64,000 nucleotides of DNA from an uncultured Gammaproteobacteria bacterium (GCA_964453605.1 CAYVOI010000001.1:241627-305626); one strand, 5' to 3'. Counted from the stretch's first letter, positions 19,529 through 30,405 are shown. Translations and numbers: made by a program. The notes: generated by a model from the sequence alone, not told the origin.

Positions 19529-19956
19529 CGGGGTGTGGTGTACCCCGAAGAATCCGCCAGTCGGCGGATTTACGGGGCAGGCATGCACCCGAGGGGGCGA
19601 GAGCGAGCTGGCGTAGCTCTCGCGGGCAGTTACATTGAAAAAGTATCCATGGTCGGGGTGTGGTGTACCGGTAACATGCACCCTTGGGGTGGGTGTGACA
19701 GCGGGTTCGACTCCCGCCACCCCGACCATGGATATTTGGAAGACAGCGGGCATTGCCCAGGAGGGTGTGACGGTGGGTTCGACTCCCACTACCCCGACTA
19801 AGCACATTCGTTTAGGAGACAGAGGGGCGTAAAGCCCTCGCGTAAAGCGACGTGGTCGCCACGCGACTTTACGTCGGGGGCCACGCCCTCTAGGAGGTTC
19901 GATTTACCCCGTAGGGATACGAAGTATCTCCTGCGGGGCTCCCTCCACCCCGACCA
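19529..19956 (+). pseudogene. Split tRNA-Pro halves (one 5' half, two 3' halves) around an intact tRNA-Pro
   Basis: 5' half 19529-19590; 3' halves 19763-19800 and ~19892-19956; hairpin insertions 19542-19578 and 19906-19939. Confidence 0.7.
19654..19728 (+). tRNA. tRNA-Pro(GGG)
   Basis: CGGGGTG/CACCCCG acceptor, CACCC-TTGGGGT-GGGTG arm, GTTCGACTC, CCA. Confidence 0.92.
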
Positions 19957-20025
19957 GAGATCATAGATATGATGAAACCCGACTCGCATCGCAAGCCGGG
20001 TTTCGTTGTTTGAAGTTAGTGCTTT

Positions 20026-20478
20026 TTAGCTCGGTACCAGAGCCAGGCCTTGGGAGTGACAGATGCTGAAGGCGGGGTGTTTCTCGCCAATTTCACGTAA
20101 GACCTCTTCGGTCTGTTTTCGCCAACGCGAGTCGCAGGGTTTAGCGTTGGTAACTTTAAAGCATTCAAGCGCTTCGGTCTTAGTTTTGAAAAGTGCGATG
20201 ATGGCAAATGTACCATCTCCCCAGTAGCGAGTGTTTACCTTTTCAATGTTGCGTTCGATGCCAGCAAGTGGGCTGGTCATCGCGTATTTTTCTGGGAAGA
20301 ATACAATAAGCTGTTTGCAAATCGCTACCATTGTGCCACCCTGCAGCTGGTACCCCACAGGAGGAGAATTGCTGTCTCCGTGAACGGCGATTTTCTTGAC
20401 CGAAGGGTACCCATTCTTGCCCTGAGCTTTGGCATGGTAAACAGAAGTTTTTGTTACCGCAAAGAATTCTTTCAACAT
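20026..20478 (-). CDS. Hypothetical protein
   Basis: 150-aa ORF with AAGGAGG upstream. Confidence 0.65.
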   Translation of the reverse strand: MLKEFFAVTKTSVYHAKAQGKNGYPSVKKIAVHGDSNSPPVGYQLQGGTMVAICKQLIVFFPEKYAMTSPLAGIERNIEKVNTRYWGDGTFAIIALFKTKTEALECFKVTNAKPCDSRWRKQTEEVLREIGEKHPAFSICHSQGLALVPS

Positions 20479-20620
20479 TTTGACCTCCTTTTCAGGCCTA
20501 ATTTAAGGGACTATGTGGCGGTTATATTTGCCACGACCTTAGCATAGTAGCTTGTGTTTGTCAACCAAAAAACGCCAGGTTGGTGGCGCTCGTCTCGTAT
20601 GGGTTAGAAGGATAGTAGAG

Positions 20621-20797
20621 CTATGCTATAGCCTTGGCCAGTGTTTTGATGCAGCGGGTGCACATCCACAGGCGCTTGCCGCCAACCGTTTTGTACTGGA
20701 GGTTCAAGTGCTGGCGCTTGATGGTGGAGATGTTGGAGTGGCTGCGGGAGTTGGCCTTGTTGTAGCCTCGGCCACAGCGTTCACAAATTCGTGCCAT
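20621..20797 (-). CDS. rpmB: 50S ribosomal protein L28
   Basis: Manual translation MARICERCGRGYNKANSRSHSNISTIKRQHLNLQ...CTRCIKT (58 aa, below track cutoff). Confidence 0.93.
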   Translation of the reverse strand: MARICERCGRGYNKANSRSHSNISTIKRQHLNLQYKTVGGKRLWMCTRCIKTLAKAIA

Positions 20798-20856
20798 AGG
20801 TATGGTAGTATTACTTACGTCCCACGTAGTCTAGCACCTTTGCTAACTTAGTCAAG

Positions 20857-21009
20857 TATGCCCGGTATGACAACTTTAGCTACGCTCACCATTCTGGCCC
20901 GATTTACCGACAAAGCATTAGTTTTCTATGTCAAGGTTATTGTTTAGTGCTAACCCAAACCACTTGGCTCGCGTAAGCGTGCCAGGCTAAAGTTGCTCTA
21001 CCGGGTATG
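20857..21009 (+). repeat. Start-codon hairpin element, copy 1 (before M50 protease)
   Basis: TATGCCCGGTATGACAACTTTAGC...GCTAAAGTTGCTCTACCGGGTATG. Confidence 0.9.
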
Positions 21010-21654
21010 GACTTCACCCTCCCCCTACTGTTTTTCTTCTTCATCATTATTCCGTCCTCCATTTTGCACGAGTACGCGCACGGTTGGGTGGCGGATAAGC
21101 TTGGCGACCCTACCCCGAGGCTCAGTGGCCGGCTGACGCTGAACCCGTTGCCGCACATAGACCCTATGGGTACCCTGCTTTTGCCCTTAGGTCTGTTCCT
21201 CTTGACTCGCGGCAGCTTTCTCTTCGCCTACGCTAAGCCCGTGCCGTTTAACCCGCTGGCTCTCCGATGGCAGCGATGGGGGAGCGCGGCGGTGGCCATG
21301 GCCGGCCCGCTTACTAATTTGGCCGTGGCGTTTATTTGCGGCACGTTGCTCCAGGTGGCCCCCTTAAGTAACTGGAGCGTGCTTCTAGTCATAATAACCT
21401 ACGCCAACATTATGCTGGCGGTGTTTAACCTAGTGCCTATTCCGCCGCTCGACGGCTCTAAGATTCTCTACACCCTGCTGCCGGACCGCTACTACGCGGC
21501 CAAGGTGTGGCTGGAGCGGTACGGGTACTTTATACTTATCTTTTTTATCTTCTTCCTTTTTTCCGCTGTGCTTTCGCCTGTTATCCACTGGTTGTTCCAG
21601 TTGGCCGCTGGCCGCGTAGGTGAGCTGATACTGTTCCAAGGCCTGGGGGCTTGA
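21007..21654 (+). CDS. Site-2 protease (M50 family)
   Basis: HEYAH, AGP..N, FNLVPIPPLDG. Confidence 0.93.
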   Translation: MDFTLPLLFFFFIIIPSSILHEYAHGWVADKLGDPTPRLSGRLTLNPLPHIDPMGTLLLPLGLFLLTRGSFLFAYAKPVPFNPLALRWQRWGSAAVAMAGPLTNLAVAFICGTLLQVAPLSNWSVLLVIITYANIMLAVFNLVPIPPLDGSKILYTLLPDRYYAAKVWLERYGYFILIFFIFFLFSAVLSPVIHWLFQLAAGRVGELILFQGLGA

Positions 21655-21679
21655 CGACAGTAGAGCCTCCTGGTATGCT
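21651..21679 (+). promoter_or_regulatory. str operon promoter
   Basis: TTGACG-17 nt-TATGCT with extended TG, upstream of rpsL. Confidence 0.6.
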
Positions 21680-21743
21680 ACGGGCGGAGGAATTGAGCTT
21701 GCATTAGCAGTTTATTTTTTTTACCGCTCGAAATAGTTAAGGT

Positions 21744-22160
21744 ATGCCGACTATCAACCAGCTCGTTCGCCGCTCTAGGCAGAGCTTAAAGCGAAAATCC
21801 AAGACGCCAGCGCTGGAGCCTGTCTTCAATACGCTTAAGCGCAAGCGCACCATGCTACAAAAAGGTAGCCCGTTTAAGCGTGGTGTGTGTGTAAAGGTAA
21901 CCACAACTACCCCAAAGAAACCGAACTCGGCGCTTCGCAAGATTGCCCGTGTCCGCCTCTCCAATGGTATGGAAGTTACGGCCTACATTCCTGGCATTGG
22001 CCACAACTTGCAAGAGCACTCTATTGTTATGATCCGCGGTGGCAGGGTAAAGGACTTGCCAGGTGTTCGCTACCATATTGTACGTGGTGTGTATGACACC
22101 TCGGGTGTGGAAGGTCGCAAGCAGGGTCGCTCGGTGTACGGTGTTAAGAAACCTTCCTAA
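21744..22160 (+). CDS. rpsL: 30S ribosomal protein S12
   Basis: [31 protein letters not shown]. Confidence 0.98.
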   Translation: MPTINQLVRRSRQSLKRKSKTPALEPVFNTLKRKRTMLQKGSPFKRGVCVKVTTTTPKKPNSALRKIARVRLSNGMEVTAYIPGIGHNLQEHSIVMIRGGRVKDLPGVRYHIVRGVYDTSGVEGRKQGRSVYGVKKPS

Positions 22161-22165
22161 ACTCT

Positions 22166-22633
22166 ATGCGTGGTAAGAAACAAGCACCTAAGCGCGCCAT
22201 TTTGCCTGACCCACGGTACCAGAGTGTGGTCGTGGCGAAGTTTGTGAACAATATTATGGAGCGCGGTAAGAAAACCGTGGCCCGTAAGATTGTGTACAGT
22301 GCGTTCGATATTTTGGCACAAAAGACCAAGCAAGACCCCAGGGACATTTTTGATTTAGCCATGAAGAACGTGGCCCCGCAGGTAGAGGTGCGGAGCCGCC
22401 GTGTTGGCGGTGGTAACTACCAGGTGCCGGTGGAAGTTAGGGGCGACCGCAAGCAGATGCTCGCTATGCGCTGGATAATCGACGCAGCCAGCGCCAAGAA
22501 GGGCAGGCCCATGCACCAGAAGTTGGCTGAAGAGCTCATGGCCGCCTCGCAGAACGAGGGCGAAGCCATAAAGAAGAAACTCGACGTGCACCGCATGGCC
22601 GAGGCCAACCGCGCCTTCGCGCACTTTGCCTAA
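22166..22633 (+). CDS. rpsG: 30S ribosomal protein S7
   Basis: RRVGG.NYQVP, HRMAEANRAFAHF. Confidence 0.98.
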   Translation: MRGKKQAPKRAILPDPRYQSVVVAKFVNNIMERGKKTVARKIVYSAFDILAQKTKQDPRDIFDLAMKNVAPQVEVRSRRVGGGNYQVPVEVRGDRKQMLAMRWIIDAASAKKGRPMHQKLAEELMAASQNEGEAIKKKLDVHRMAEANRAFAHFA

Positions 22634-22639
22634 ACTTTT

Positions 22640-22870
22640 ATGCCAGACGCGCCGGCTGAGACGAAGGTTTGTCCGAAGTGTGGGGGAGTGATGGAACAAG
22701 GTAAGATTAAACCAGTGAGTCAAGTTCCAGGTTTACTCGTTGGTTCAGCGACCGTTGGCAGTCAAAGGTGGTTTAATGGTTCAGAACCAGCAGATGTAAA
22801 GCATGGTCAAAGGATCCAAGCTTTTGCCTGTACCAAGTGCGGGTATTTGGAATCTTACTTAGAAAAGTAA
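22640..22870 (+). CDS. Small zinc-ribbon protein
   Basis: CPKCG..ME.G...[10 protein letters not shown]. Confidence 0.75.
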   Translation: MPDAPAETKVCPKCGGVMEQGKIKPVSQVPGLLVGSATVGSQRWFNGSEPADVKHGQRIQAFACTKCGYLESYLEK

Positions 22871-22907
22871 TAGGTTTTATCAGTCAGACATTCGTACTGA
22901 ATTTTTT

Positions 22908-24992
22908 ATGCCTCGTGAATACTCTCTCGAGAACACCCGTAACATAGGCGTTATCGCTCACATCGACGCTGGCAAAACCACCGTCAGCGAGCGCATTTTG
23001 TTCTACACCGGTAAAAAGCACAAGATTGGTGAGGTGCACGAAGGTGACACCACCATGGACTGGATGGAGCAAGAGCGCGAGCGCGGCATCACCATCACCG
23101 CGGCGGCTACGACCTGCTTTTGGAAGAACACGCGCATAAACCTTATCGACACGCCAGGGCACATTGACTTCACGGTCGAGGTAAAGCGCAGTTTGCGTGT
23201 GCTCGATGGTGGTGTGGTGGTGTTCGACGGTGTAGCTGGCGTGGAGCCACAGTCAGAAACCAACTGGCGCTACGCTGATGACTACAAGGTGCCGCGCATT
23301 TGTTTTATAAACAAAATGGACCGCATGGGTGCGGACTTTTACGCTGATGTGGCTAGCATTCACGAGCGTCTGACCAAGCGTGCTTACCCGGTGCAGCTCC
23401 CTATTGGTGCCGCTGAGACATTTGCTGGCATTATCGACCTGCTGACGCGCAAAGCTGTTATCTACAAAGACGACCTGGGCAAGGAGTGGGACGAAACCGA
23501 CGTGCCAGAAGACATGAAGGCTAAAGTTGAAGAGTGGCGCCACAAGCTGGTGGAGGCGATTGCCGAGCACGACGACAAGTTGTTGCACCTCTACCTCGAA
23601 GGTAAGGCCGAGGAAATTCCTGTAGCCGATCTTAAGCGCGTGCTGCGTCAGGCCTGCATAGCCAACAGCATCGTGCCTATTTTCTGCGGGAGTGCTTTGA
23701 AGAACAAGGGTGTGCAGTTCTTACTCGACGGTGTGGCTGACTATCTGCCCTCTCCTTTGGACATTCCGGCAGTTAAAGCTACTAATCCTAAAACCGGTGA
23801 GCCTATAGAGCGCCACGCCTCAGACACTGAACCCTTTACCGCCTTGGCGTTTAAAATTGCCACTGACCCGTTTGTGGGGAAGCTCGCCTTCTTCCGCGTA
23901 TACTCTGGTGTGCTTAAAGCTGGTTCTTATGTTTTGAATTCATCAACTGGCGAGAAAGAGCGCATTTCAAGAATCGTTCGACTCCACGCCAACTCGCGTG
24001 AGGACGTAGCGGAGGTTTACGCTGGTGAAATCGCTGCCGCGGTCGGGCTTAAGGCCACCACCACCGGCAATACGCTCTGTGATCCTGAAAGCCCAGTGCT
24101 GCTCGAGTCCATTGTCTTCCCCGAGCCAGTTATTTCGCTCGCTATTGAACCCAAGACCAAGGTGGATCAGGAGAAAATGGGTGTGGCGCTGCAGAAGCTC
24201 GCTGAAGAGGACCCCACCTTCCGCGTGCGCTCGAACGAGGAAACTGGACAGCTCATTATTTGGGGTATGGGCGAGCTGCACCTCGACATTATTGTCGACC
24301 GCATGAAACGCGAGTTCAAGGTAGAGGCTAACGTGGGTAAGCCGCAGGTGGCGTACAAAGAAACCATCACCCGTACTGCTCAGGCCGAAGGTAAGTACAT
24401 TCGGCAAACTGGTGGTCATGGTCAGTACGGCCACTGCTGGATTCGCGTGGAGCCACAGACGGAAAAGGGTAAGGGCTTTGAGTTCTTGGACGAAATTAAG
24501 GGGGGCACTGTTCCGCGCGAGTTCATCAAGCCGATTCAAAAAGGCGTGGAAGAGGCCATGGACAACGGTGTGCTGGCTGGCTACCCCATAGTCGACGTTA
24601 AGGTGGCCGTGTACGACGGTAGCTACCACGATGTCGACTCTTCGGAGGCCGCCTTCAAGATCGCCGGCTCCATGGCATTCCAAGCTGCCTTTAAGCTAGC
24701 GGGGCCAGCCATACTTGAGCCGATTATGAAAGTGGAAGTGATAACGCCTGAGGCCAACATGGGTGATGTGATTGGCGACCTTAACTCCAAGCGCGGGCAG
24801 ATACGGGAAATGCGCGATCGCACGGGCCTCAAGGTGGTAGATGCTGAAGTGCCTTTGAGCGAGATGTTCGGCTACGCCACCAATCTCCGCTCCATGACGC
24901 AAGGCCGCGGCAGCTACACCATGGAGTTTGACCACTACGCCGAGGTACCGCGGCACGTGGCTGAGGCTATCATTGGTCAGGGTAAAAAGTAG
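22908..24992 (+). CDS. fusA: Elongation factor G
   Basis: [25 protein letters not shown]. Confidence 0.98.
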   Translation: MPREYSLENTRNIGVIAHIDAGKTTVSERILFYTGKKHKIGEVHEGDTTMDWMEQERERGITITAAATTCFWKNTRINLIDTPGHIDFTVEVKRSLRVLDGGVVVFDGVAGVEPQSETNWRYADDYKVPRICFINKMDRMGADFYADVASIHERLTKRAYPVQLPIGAAETFAGIIDLLTRKAVIYKDDLGKEWDETDVPEDMKAKVEEWRHKLVEAIAEHDDKLLHLYLEGKAEEIPVADLKRVLRQACIANSIVPIFCGSALKNKGVQFLLDGVADYLPSPLDIPAVKATNPKTGEPIERHASDTEPFTALAFKIATDPFVGKLAFFRVYSGVLKAGSYVLNSSTGEKERISRIVRLHANSREDVAEVYAGEIAAAVGLKATTTGNTLCDPESPVLLESIVFPEPVISLAIEPKTKVDQEKMGVALQKLAEEDPTFRVRSNEETGQLIIWGMGELHLDIIVDRMKREFKVEANVGKPQVAYKETITRTAQAEGKYIRQTGGHGQYGHCWIRVEPQTEKGKGFEFLDEIKGGTVPREFIKPIQKGVEEAMDNGVLAGYPIVDVKVAVYDGSYHDVDSSEAAFKIAGSMAFQAAFKLAGPAILEPIMKVEVITPEANMGDVIGDLNSKRGQIREMRDRTGLKVVDAEVPLSEMFGYATNLRSMTQGRGSYTMEFDHYAEVPRHVAEAIIGQGKK

Positions 24993-24996
24993 AGCC

Positions 24997-25317
24997 ATGG
25001 CAGTACTGGTGGACCTAGATCAGCTGGCACGTATTTTTGGGCGACAAGGTGAGCGCGTGGTGCTGGTACTGCCGAGTGGTGACAGCGTAGTGCTGGTGCC
25101 CTTGTCAGAGTACGAACAGCTGGTCGGTGGTACACGTGCCCAAGCCAAACCAGTTACCCTCGAAGCACAGCCTCGCCGCAGCCCAGGCCGTCGGCCAGCC
25201 CCTAAACCCATTGAGCCAATGCCAGCCCAGACTAAGTCAGAATCTCCAGAGTCTATAGATCCGCTGCAGGGGGGTCTCTCCGATGACGACCAGTACTTCC
25301 CCGAGCCTCTGGAATAG
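24997..25317 (+). CDS. Hypothetical protein
   Basis: ORF between fusA and tuf; VVLVPLSEYE segment, acidic DDQYFPEPLE tail. Confidence 0.65.
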   Translation: MAVLVDLDQLARIFGRQGERVVLVLPSGDSVVLVPLSEYEQLVGGTRAQAKPVTLEAQPRRSPGRRPAPKPIEPMPAQTKSESPESIDPLQGGLSDDDQYFPEPLE

Positions 25318-25475
25318 GCTCCGGCCCAGCGGGACTTGTCAAAGTTTTACCCCCGTGCTAGAGTGAACAAGCATTCTTGGCCTAAAAGGGCCACTTTACC
25401 AAAACTTTAACCCTAATTATTTACGTTTCGTTGAGGCGTTTAACCTCTCGAAACCTAAGCTTTAAGCCAACCCCT

Positions 25476-26678
25476 ATGGCAGATAAGTTCGATCGCAGCA
25501 AGCCGCACGTCAACGTTGGTACTATTGGCCACGTCGACCACGGCAAGACCACCCTCACCGCAGCTTTGCTGCAGGTGCTCAAAGTTACTGGCCACAAGTC
25601 GCAAGACAAGAGCGTGGACCAGATTGACAACGCGCCTGAGGAAAAGGCACGTGGTATTACCATCAACACTGCTCACGTGGAGTACGAGAGCGACAAGCGC
25701 CACTACGCGCACGTCGACTGTCCTGGCCACGCTGACTACGTGAAGAACATGATAACCGGTGCCGCGCAGATGGACGGTGCTATTTTGGTGGTGTCGGCCG
25801 CTGACGGCCCCATGCCCCAGACTCGCGAGCACATCCTGCTCGCGAGGCAGGTAGGCGTGCCGTACATTGTGGTGTTCTTGAACAAGGTAGACATGGTCGA
25901 CGAAAAAGACCTAGTGGACCTGGTAGAAGAGGAAGTCAGGGACCTTTTGAAGAAGTACGAGTTCCCTGGCGACAAGACCCCCATTATCCGCGGGTCCGCT
26001 CTTAAGGCGCTCGAGGCAGCTGCTGCTGGTAAGAAGGACGACCCGGCACTCCAGCCTGTACTCGACCTGGTGAAGGCACTGGATGAGTACATCCCTGAGC
26101 CAGTGCGCGACACTGACAAGCCGTTCCTGATGCCGATTGAGGACATTTTCTCTATCGAAGGCCGTGGTACCGTGGTGACTGGTCGTATTGAGCGTGGGTT
26201 AGTGAAACTGAACGACGAAGTAGAAATTGTGGGTCTCCGCGCTACGCAGAAGACCGTTATCACCGGTATTGAAATGTTCAACAAGCAGCTCGACGAGGGC
26301 CGCGCCGGTGACAACGCTGGGCTCTTGCTCCGTGGTACCAAGAAAGAAGACGTGGAGCGCGGGCAGGTGCTCGCCAAGCCAGGGAGTGTGACCCCGCACA
26401 CCGAGTTCGAGGCTGAGGTCTACATCCTCACCAAGGAGGAAGGTGGCCGCCACACGCCGTTCCTTAAAGGTTACAAGCCCCAGTTCTACATCCGCACCAC
26501 CGACGTGACTGGTGAAGTTGGCCTGCCGGCTGGTGCCGAAATGGTTATGCCTGGTGACCGCGTGAACATTACCGTGAAGCTTATTACCCCCGTGGCTCTG
26601 GAAGAGAAGATGCGTTTCGCCATTCGCGAGGGTGGCCGCACGGTGGGCGCTGGGGTGGTAGCCAAGATCACCAAGTAA
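25476..26678 (+). CDS. tuf: Elongation factor Tu
   Basis: [30 protein letters not shown]. Confidence 0.98.
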   Translation: MADKFDRSKPHVNVGTIGHVDHGKTTLTAALLQVLKVTGHKSQDKSVDQIDNAPEEKARGITINTAHVEYESDKRHYAHVDCPGHADYVKNMITGAAQMDGAILVVSAADGPMPQTREHILLARQVGVPYIVVFLNKVDMVDEKDLVDLVEEEVRDLLKKYEFPGDKTPIIRGSALKALEAAAAGKKDDPALQPVLDLVKALDEYIPEPVRDTDKPFLMPIEDIFSIEGRGTVVTGRIERGLVKLNDEVEIVGLRATQKTVITGIEMFNKQLDEGRAGDNAGLLLRGTKKEDVERGQVLAKPGSVTPHTEFEAEVYILTKEEGGRHTPFLKGYKPQFYIRTTDVTGEVGLPAGAEMVMPGDRVNITVKLITPVALEEKMRFAIREGGRTVGAGVVAKITK

Positions 26679-26725
26679 CCCTTACTCGGTTTCCGTTCCC
26701 CGTTCTTTCCTAAAGTCTACAGTCC

Positions 26726-27097
26726 ATGACGACGCGAGCAGACACAACCCACGCCAAGGTGGCCCACACGCAGGCCCCGGAAGAGGAAGAGTCACGCTCG
26801 CGTCTTCGTATCCGCATCCGCGCCTACGACCACAAGATTATCGACCAGTCCGTCCGGACCATTCTCGACACCGTCCTCCGGTCCGGCGCCAAGGTGATGG
26901 GACCTATACCGCTTCCGACGGAGAAAACCCGCTTCACCGTGAACAGCTCCTCGTTCATCGATAAGAACGCTCGCGAGCAGTACGAAATGCGGGTGCACAA
27001 GCGGCTCTTAGACATCGTAGACCCAACCCCCAAGACCATCGACGCTCTAACCAACCTCAGCTTACCAGCAGGGGTTGACCTAGAGATTAAGATGTAG
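26726..27097 (+). CDS. rpsJ: 30S ribosomal protein S10
   Basis: [24 protein letters not shown]. Confidence 0.97.
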   Translation: MTTRADTTHAKVAHTQAPEEEESRSRLRIRIRAYDHKIIDQSVRTILDTVLRSGAKVMGPIPLPTEKTRFTVNSSSFIDKNAREQYEMRVHKRLLDIVDPTPKTIDALTNLSLPAGVDLEIKM

Positions 27098-27311
27098 TAG
27101 AGTTACAACGTTCTTGAAATCCTTCTAAAACTTCCCCTACGTGTAGCCTTAGCACTGCGACGGTGGCCCTAAAGACCACACCTACAGCTGCCAAAGCCCA
27201 CACCTACGGAGTTCCTCTCACTTCTCACCACCTTACCCCGACATTCTTGTATGACAACCGTTTACCGGAGTTTTGGAGTTGTGGGTAGGTAAACGGTTTT
27301 TGTTTAGAGCT

Positions 27312-27457
27312 TATGCCCAGCATGACAACTTCGCTAGTGCTCGATTCAACCACCATGTATAACAACCTTATGTTTCGTATAAAGTCTTTATTCACTAACC
27401 ATTCGCTTACTTCTCCTCGCACTGAGGTGGTTGAGCGAAGTTGCTCTGCTGGGTATG
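27312..27457 (+). repeat. Start-codon hairpin element, copy 2 (before rplC)
   Basis: TATGCCCAGCATGACAACTTCGCT...AGCGAAGTTGCTCTGCTGGGTATG. Confidence 0.95.
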
Positions 27458-28063
27458 TCTAAGTTCATCCTCGCCACCAAAGTCAGCATGTCACGTACCT
27501 TCAAAGCCGATGGTACGTCTGTGGCTGTGACGACGCTTAAGGCTGAGCCTATGGTGGTGACCCAGGTGAAAACTGCAGACAAAGACGGCTACCAAGCCGT
27601 GCAGGTGGGGGCTGGCTCTCGGCGCAAGGTTTCAAAGAGCGTGGCTGGTCACGTGAAACCTACAGGCAAAACGTTCCGTCGCCTGAAAGAGTTCCGGATG
27701 ATAGGAGAGTTCCAGGTTGGCCAGAGTGTCGACCTTACGCAATTTGCACCAGGGGATAAGGTGAACGTAGTTGGTGTTTCCAAAGGTAAGGGGTTCCAGG
27801 GTGTGGTGAGGCGTCACGGGTTCCACGGTCACCCGCCAACCCACGGTCACAAAGATCAGGAGCGCAGGTCAGGCTCTATTGGCGCTGGTGGTTTACAACA
27901 CGTGCGCAAGGGTATGCGCATGGCCGGCCGCATGGGTGGTGATCGCATTACCGTGCACAACCTGGAGGTAGTAGCCGTAGCGCCCGAGAAGCACGAGCTC
28001 ACCTTAAAAGGTGCCGTGCCAGGGGCCAGGCACGGTTTGCTTATGGTAACTAGCGTAAAGTAG
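27455..28063 (+). CDS. rplC: 50S ribosomal protein L3
   Basis: DGY.AVQ, SKGKGFQGVVRRH, MAGRMGG. Confidence 0.97.
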   Translation: MSKFILATKVSMSRTFKADGTSVAVTTLKAEPMVVTQVKTADKDGYQAVQVGAGSRRKVSKSVAGHVKPTGKTFRRLKEFRMIGEFQVGQSVDLTQFAPGDKVNVVGVSKGKGFQGVVRRHGFHGHPPTHGHKDQERRSGSIGAGGLQHVRKGMRMAGRMGGDRITVHNLEVVAVAPEKHELTLKGAVPGARHGLLMVTSVK

Positions 28064-28067
28064 TTTT

Positions 28068-28703
28068 ATGGCAACGTCGTCTCTCCAAGTGGTAGATAGC
28101 AAAGGCCAGGCGGTCAAACAGGTGGAGCTGCCCTCCACGGTGCTTGAGCGCAAGGTCAAACCTTCCGTGGTACACCAGGTGGTGGTCGGGTATGCTGCCA
28201 ACCGTCGCGCCGGTACGGCACACACCAAAGACCGCAGTGAAGTGTCGGGTGGTGGTAAGAAGCCGTGGAAGCAGAAGGGGACTGGGCGGGCTCGCCAGGG
28301 CTCTATTCGCGCACCTCAGTGGGTGGGCGGTGGAGTTGTGTTTGGCCCACGCAATACCCGTAACTACAGCCACCGGCTGACTGATGAGCTGAAACACTCA
28401 GCCCTCGCCATGGTTGTAGCTGACGCGCTTCGCTCTGGCAATGTTACGGTGGTAGATTCGTTCCCGACTGAACCAAAGACCAAAGTGTTCGCGGCTTTTC
28501 TTAAAGCGGTGCAGCCAGCTGGCACCAAGCGCTCCCTCGTACTTCTTACGGAAGGGGAACGCGAGATGAGGCGCGGCCTACAAAACTTACCCAACACTGG
28601 TGTGATGGCCGTTAAACAGCTTAACGCTTATGATGGCTTAAGCTTCCCGCGCTGGGTGGTATCGCAACTCGGGCTCACTGAACTTCTCAAAGCAATTCGC
28701 TAA
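28068..28703 (+). CDS. rplD: 50S ribosomal protein L4
   Basis: EVSGGGKKPWKQKGTGRARQGS. Confidence 0.97.
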   Translation: MATSSLQVVDSKGQAVKQVELPSTVLERKVKPSVVHQVVVGYAANRRAGTAHTKDRSEVSGGGKKPWKQKGTGRARQGSIRAPQWVGGGVVFGPRNTRNYSHRLTDELKHSALAMVVADALRSGNVTVVDSFPTEPKTKVFAAFLKAVQPAGTKRSLVLLTEGEREMRRGLQNLPNTGVMAVKQLNAYDGLSFPRWVVSQLGLTELLKAIR

Positions 28704-28708
28704 CTTGT

Positions 28709-29047
28709 ATGGCATTACTCGGACGCAAAAAGTCAGTTGCAGGTACAGCTACCACCGCCTCAACCGGCAAGCCCATGCTGGGGGTTACCTTAGTGCCGCT
28801 CGTTTCGGAAAAGAGCAGCCGTTTGCAGGCGCAAGGACAGTACACCTTTGCCACCGCGCCAACTGCGACTAAGGTGATGGTTAAGAAAATGGTGGAGCGC
28901 GCTTACAACGTGCACGTAGTAGGAGTAAACAGTGTCAGGCTGCCTCGTAAGTTTGTACGCCGCGGCCGCAGCCAAGGCACAACTAAAATCCGCAAGCACT
29001 TTGTAGTTCGCTTAAAGACAGGTGAGTCTATCGCCGTTAAAGTTTAA
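28709..29047 (+). CDS. rplW: 50S ribosomal protein L23
   Basis: P.VSEK, Y.F, K..VE..YNV.V..VN; synteny. Confidence 0.93.
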   Translation: MALLGRKKSVAGTATTASTGKPMLGVTLVPLVSEKSSRLQAQGQYTFATAPTATKVMVKKMVERAYNVHVVGVNSVRLPRKFVRRGRSQGTTKIRKHFVVRLKTGESIAVKV

Positions 29048-29051
29048 GCCG

Positions 29052-29197
29052 TATGCCCAGCATGACAACTTCGCTAGCGCTCCTACCAACCACTATGTGC
29101 CAGAACCTTATGCTTCGTACACAGACCTTATTCACTAACCACCAACTTACTCCCACTCGCGCTTGGGTGGTTGAGCGAAGTTGCTCTGCCGGGTATG
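29052..29197 (+). repeat. Start-codon hairpin element, copy 3 (before rplB)
   Basis: Same arms; identical by eye to copy 6. Confidence 0.95.
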
Positions 29198-30034
29198 CCA
29201 GTTAAACTCTACCGACCAACAACCCCAGGCCGCCGGCACGCCGGCATTCTGACCGCCGAGCTTACCAACAAGCGGCCGGAGCGTTCTCTGGTACGCGGGG
29301 GCAGGTCTAAGGCCGGGCGCAATTTCCAGGGTAAAATAACCACCCGTCATCGTGGTGGTGGTGTGAAGCGCTTGCTCAGAATGCTCGACAGCCGCCGCGA
29401 CAAGTACGGCGTGACTGCACGCGTCGTAGCCCTTGAGTACGACCCCGGCCGAACAGCCAACTTGGCGCTCCTCAGTTACCGCGATGGCGAAAAGCGCTAC
29501 ATTTTGGCGCCGGAAGGTTTGCGCGTGGGCCAGGAAGTGGTTTCGGCCAAAACAGCGGTGGAGGCTAAAGTCGGCAACCGCTTGCCCTTTAAGTTTATTC
29601 CCGCCGGGTTACAAGTGCACGACATTGAACTGACGCCTGGTCAGGGTGGCGCCATGGTGCGCTCGGCAGGAAGTTGGGCTACGTTTATGTCTATCGAAGG
29701 TGATCAGGCCAGGTTGAAGCTCCCCTCGGGTGAAGTACGCAGCGTGTCGGTGGATTGTCTCGCGACCATTGGGCAAGTGGGGAACATTGATCATGCCAAC
29801 GTGCGCCTGGGCAAAGCTGGGCGCCGTCGCCACCTCGGCTTCCGTCCGTCAGTTCGTGGTAAAGCTATGAACCCGGTGGACCACCCACATGGTGGCGGTG
29901 AAGGGCACAACCCCATTGGTATGAAGCACCCCAAGACACCCTGGGGTAAACCCGCACTCGGCGTGCCGACACGCAAGCGAACCAAGGCTTCCAACCGTTT
30001 CATTATTTCTCGCCGCCCCAAGCGGACTAAGTAA
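29195..30034 (+). CDS. rplB: 50S ribosomal protein L2
   Basis: [20 protein letters not shown]. Confidence 0.98.
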   Translation: MPVKLYRPTTPGRRHAGILTAELTNKRPERSLVRGGRSKAGRNFQGKITTRHRGGGVKRLLRMLDSRRDKYGVTARVVALEYDPGRTANLALLSYRDGEKRYILAPEGLRVGQEVVSAKTAVEAKVGNRLPFKFIPAGLQVHDIELTPGQGGAMVRSAGSWATFMSIEGDQARLKLPSGEVRSVSVDCLATIGQVGNIDHANVRLGKAGRRRHLGFRPSVRGKAMNPVDHPHGGGEGHNPIGMKHPKTPWGKPALGVPTRKRTKASNRFIISRRPKRTK

Positions 30035-30039
30035 TTCCT

Positions 30040-30399
30040 ATGTCACGTAGCTTAAAGAAAGGTCCGTTTGTAGACCCCAAGCTCCTCCAGAAAATGGCCA
30101 AGGTAAAGGTGGGTGATAAAACCGTCATCAAAACCTGGTCACGGGATTCCACCATCACTCCTGAAATGGTTGGGTTCACCTTTGGTGTGCATAATGGCAA
30201 AACCCACGTGGCCGTGCTCGTAGTGGAGAACATGGTCGGGCATAAGCTCGGGGAGTTTTCTCCAACTCGTAAGTTCCAGGGCCATGGCGGTAAGATGGCT
30301 AAAGAGCAGGCTCTGGCAGCTGCCGCCGCAGCCGATGCTGCCAAAGCAGCTGCTCAGGCGCCAGCGGCCGAGGCTAAGAAAGAACCAGCTAAGAAGTAA
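30040..30399 (+). CDS. rpsS: 30S ribosomal protein S19
   Basis: [21 protein letters not shown]; Ala-rich tail. Confidence 0.97.
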   Translation: MSRSLKKGPFVDPKLLQKMAKVKVGDKTVIKTWSRDSTITPEMVGFTFGVHNGKTHVAVLVVENMVGHKLGEFSPTRKFQGHGGKMAKEQALAAAAAADAAKAAAQAPAAEAKKEPAKK

Positions 30400-30405
30400 A
30401 CTTTT

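Noticed and set aside
19430-19989. Several 60-125 aa ORFs around tRNA-Pro, plus 4976-5263, 51743-51943 and the 48577 N-terminal extension
   Set aside because: They are translations of tRNA and hairpin sequence.
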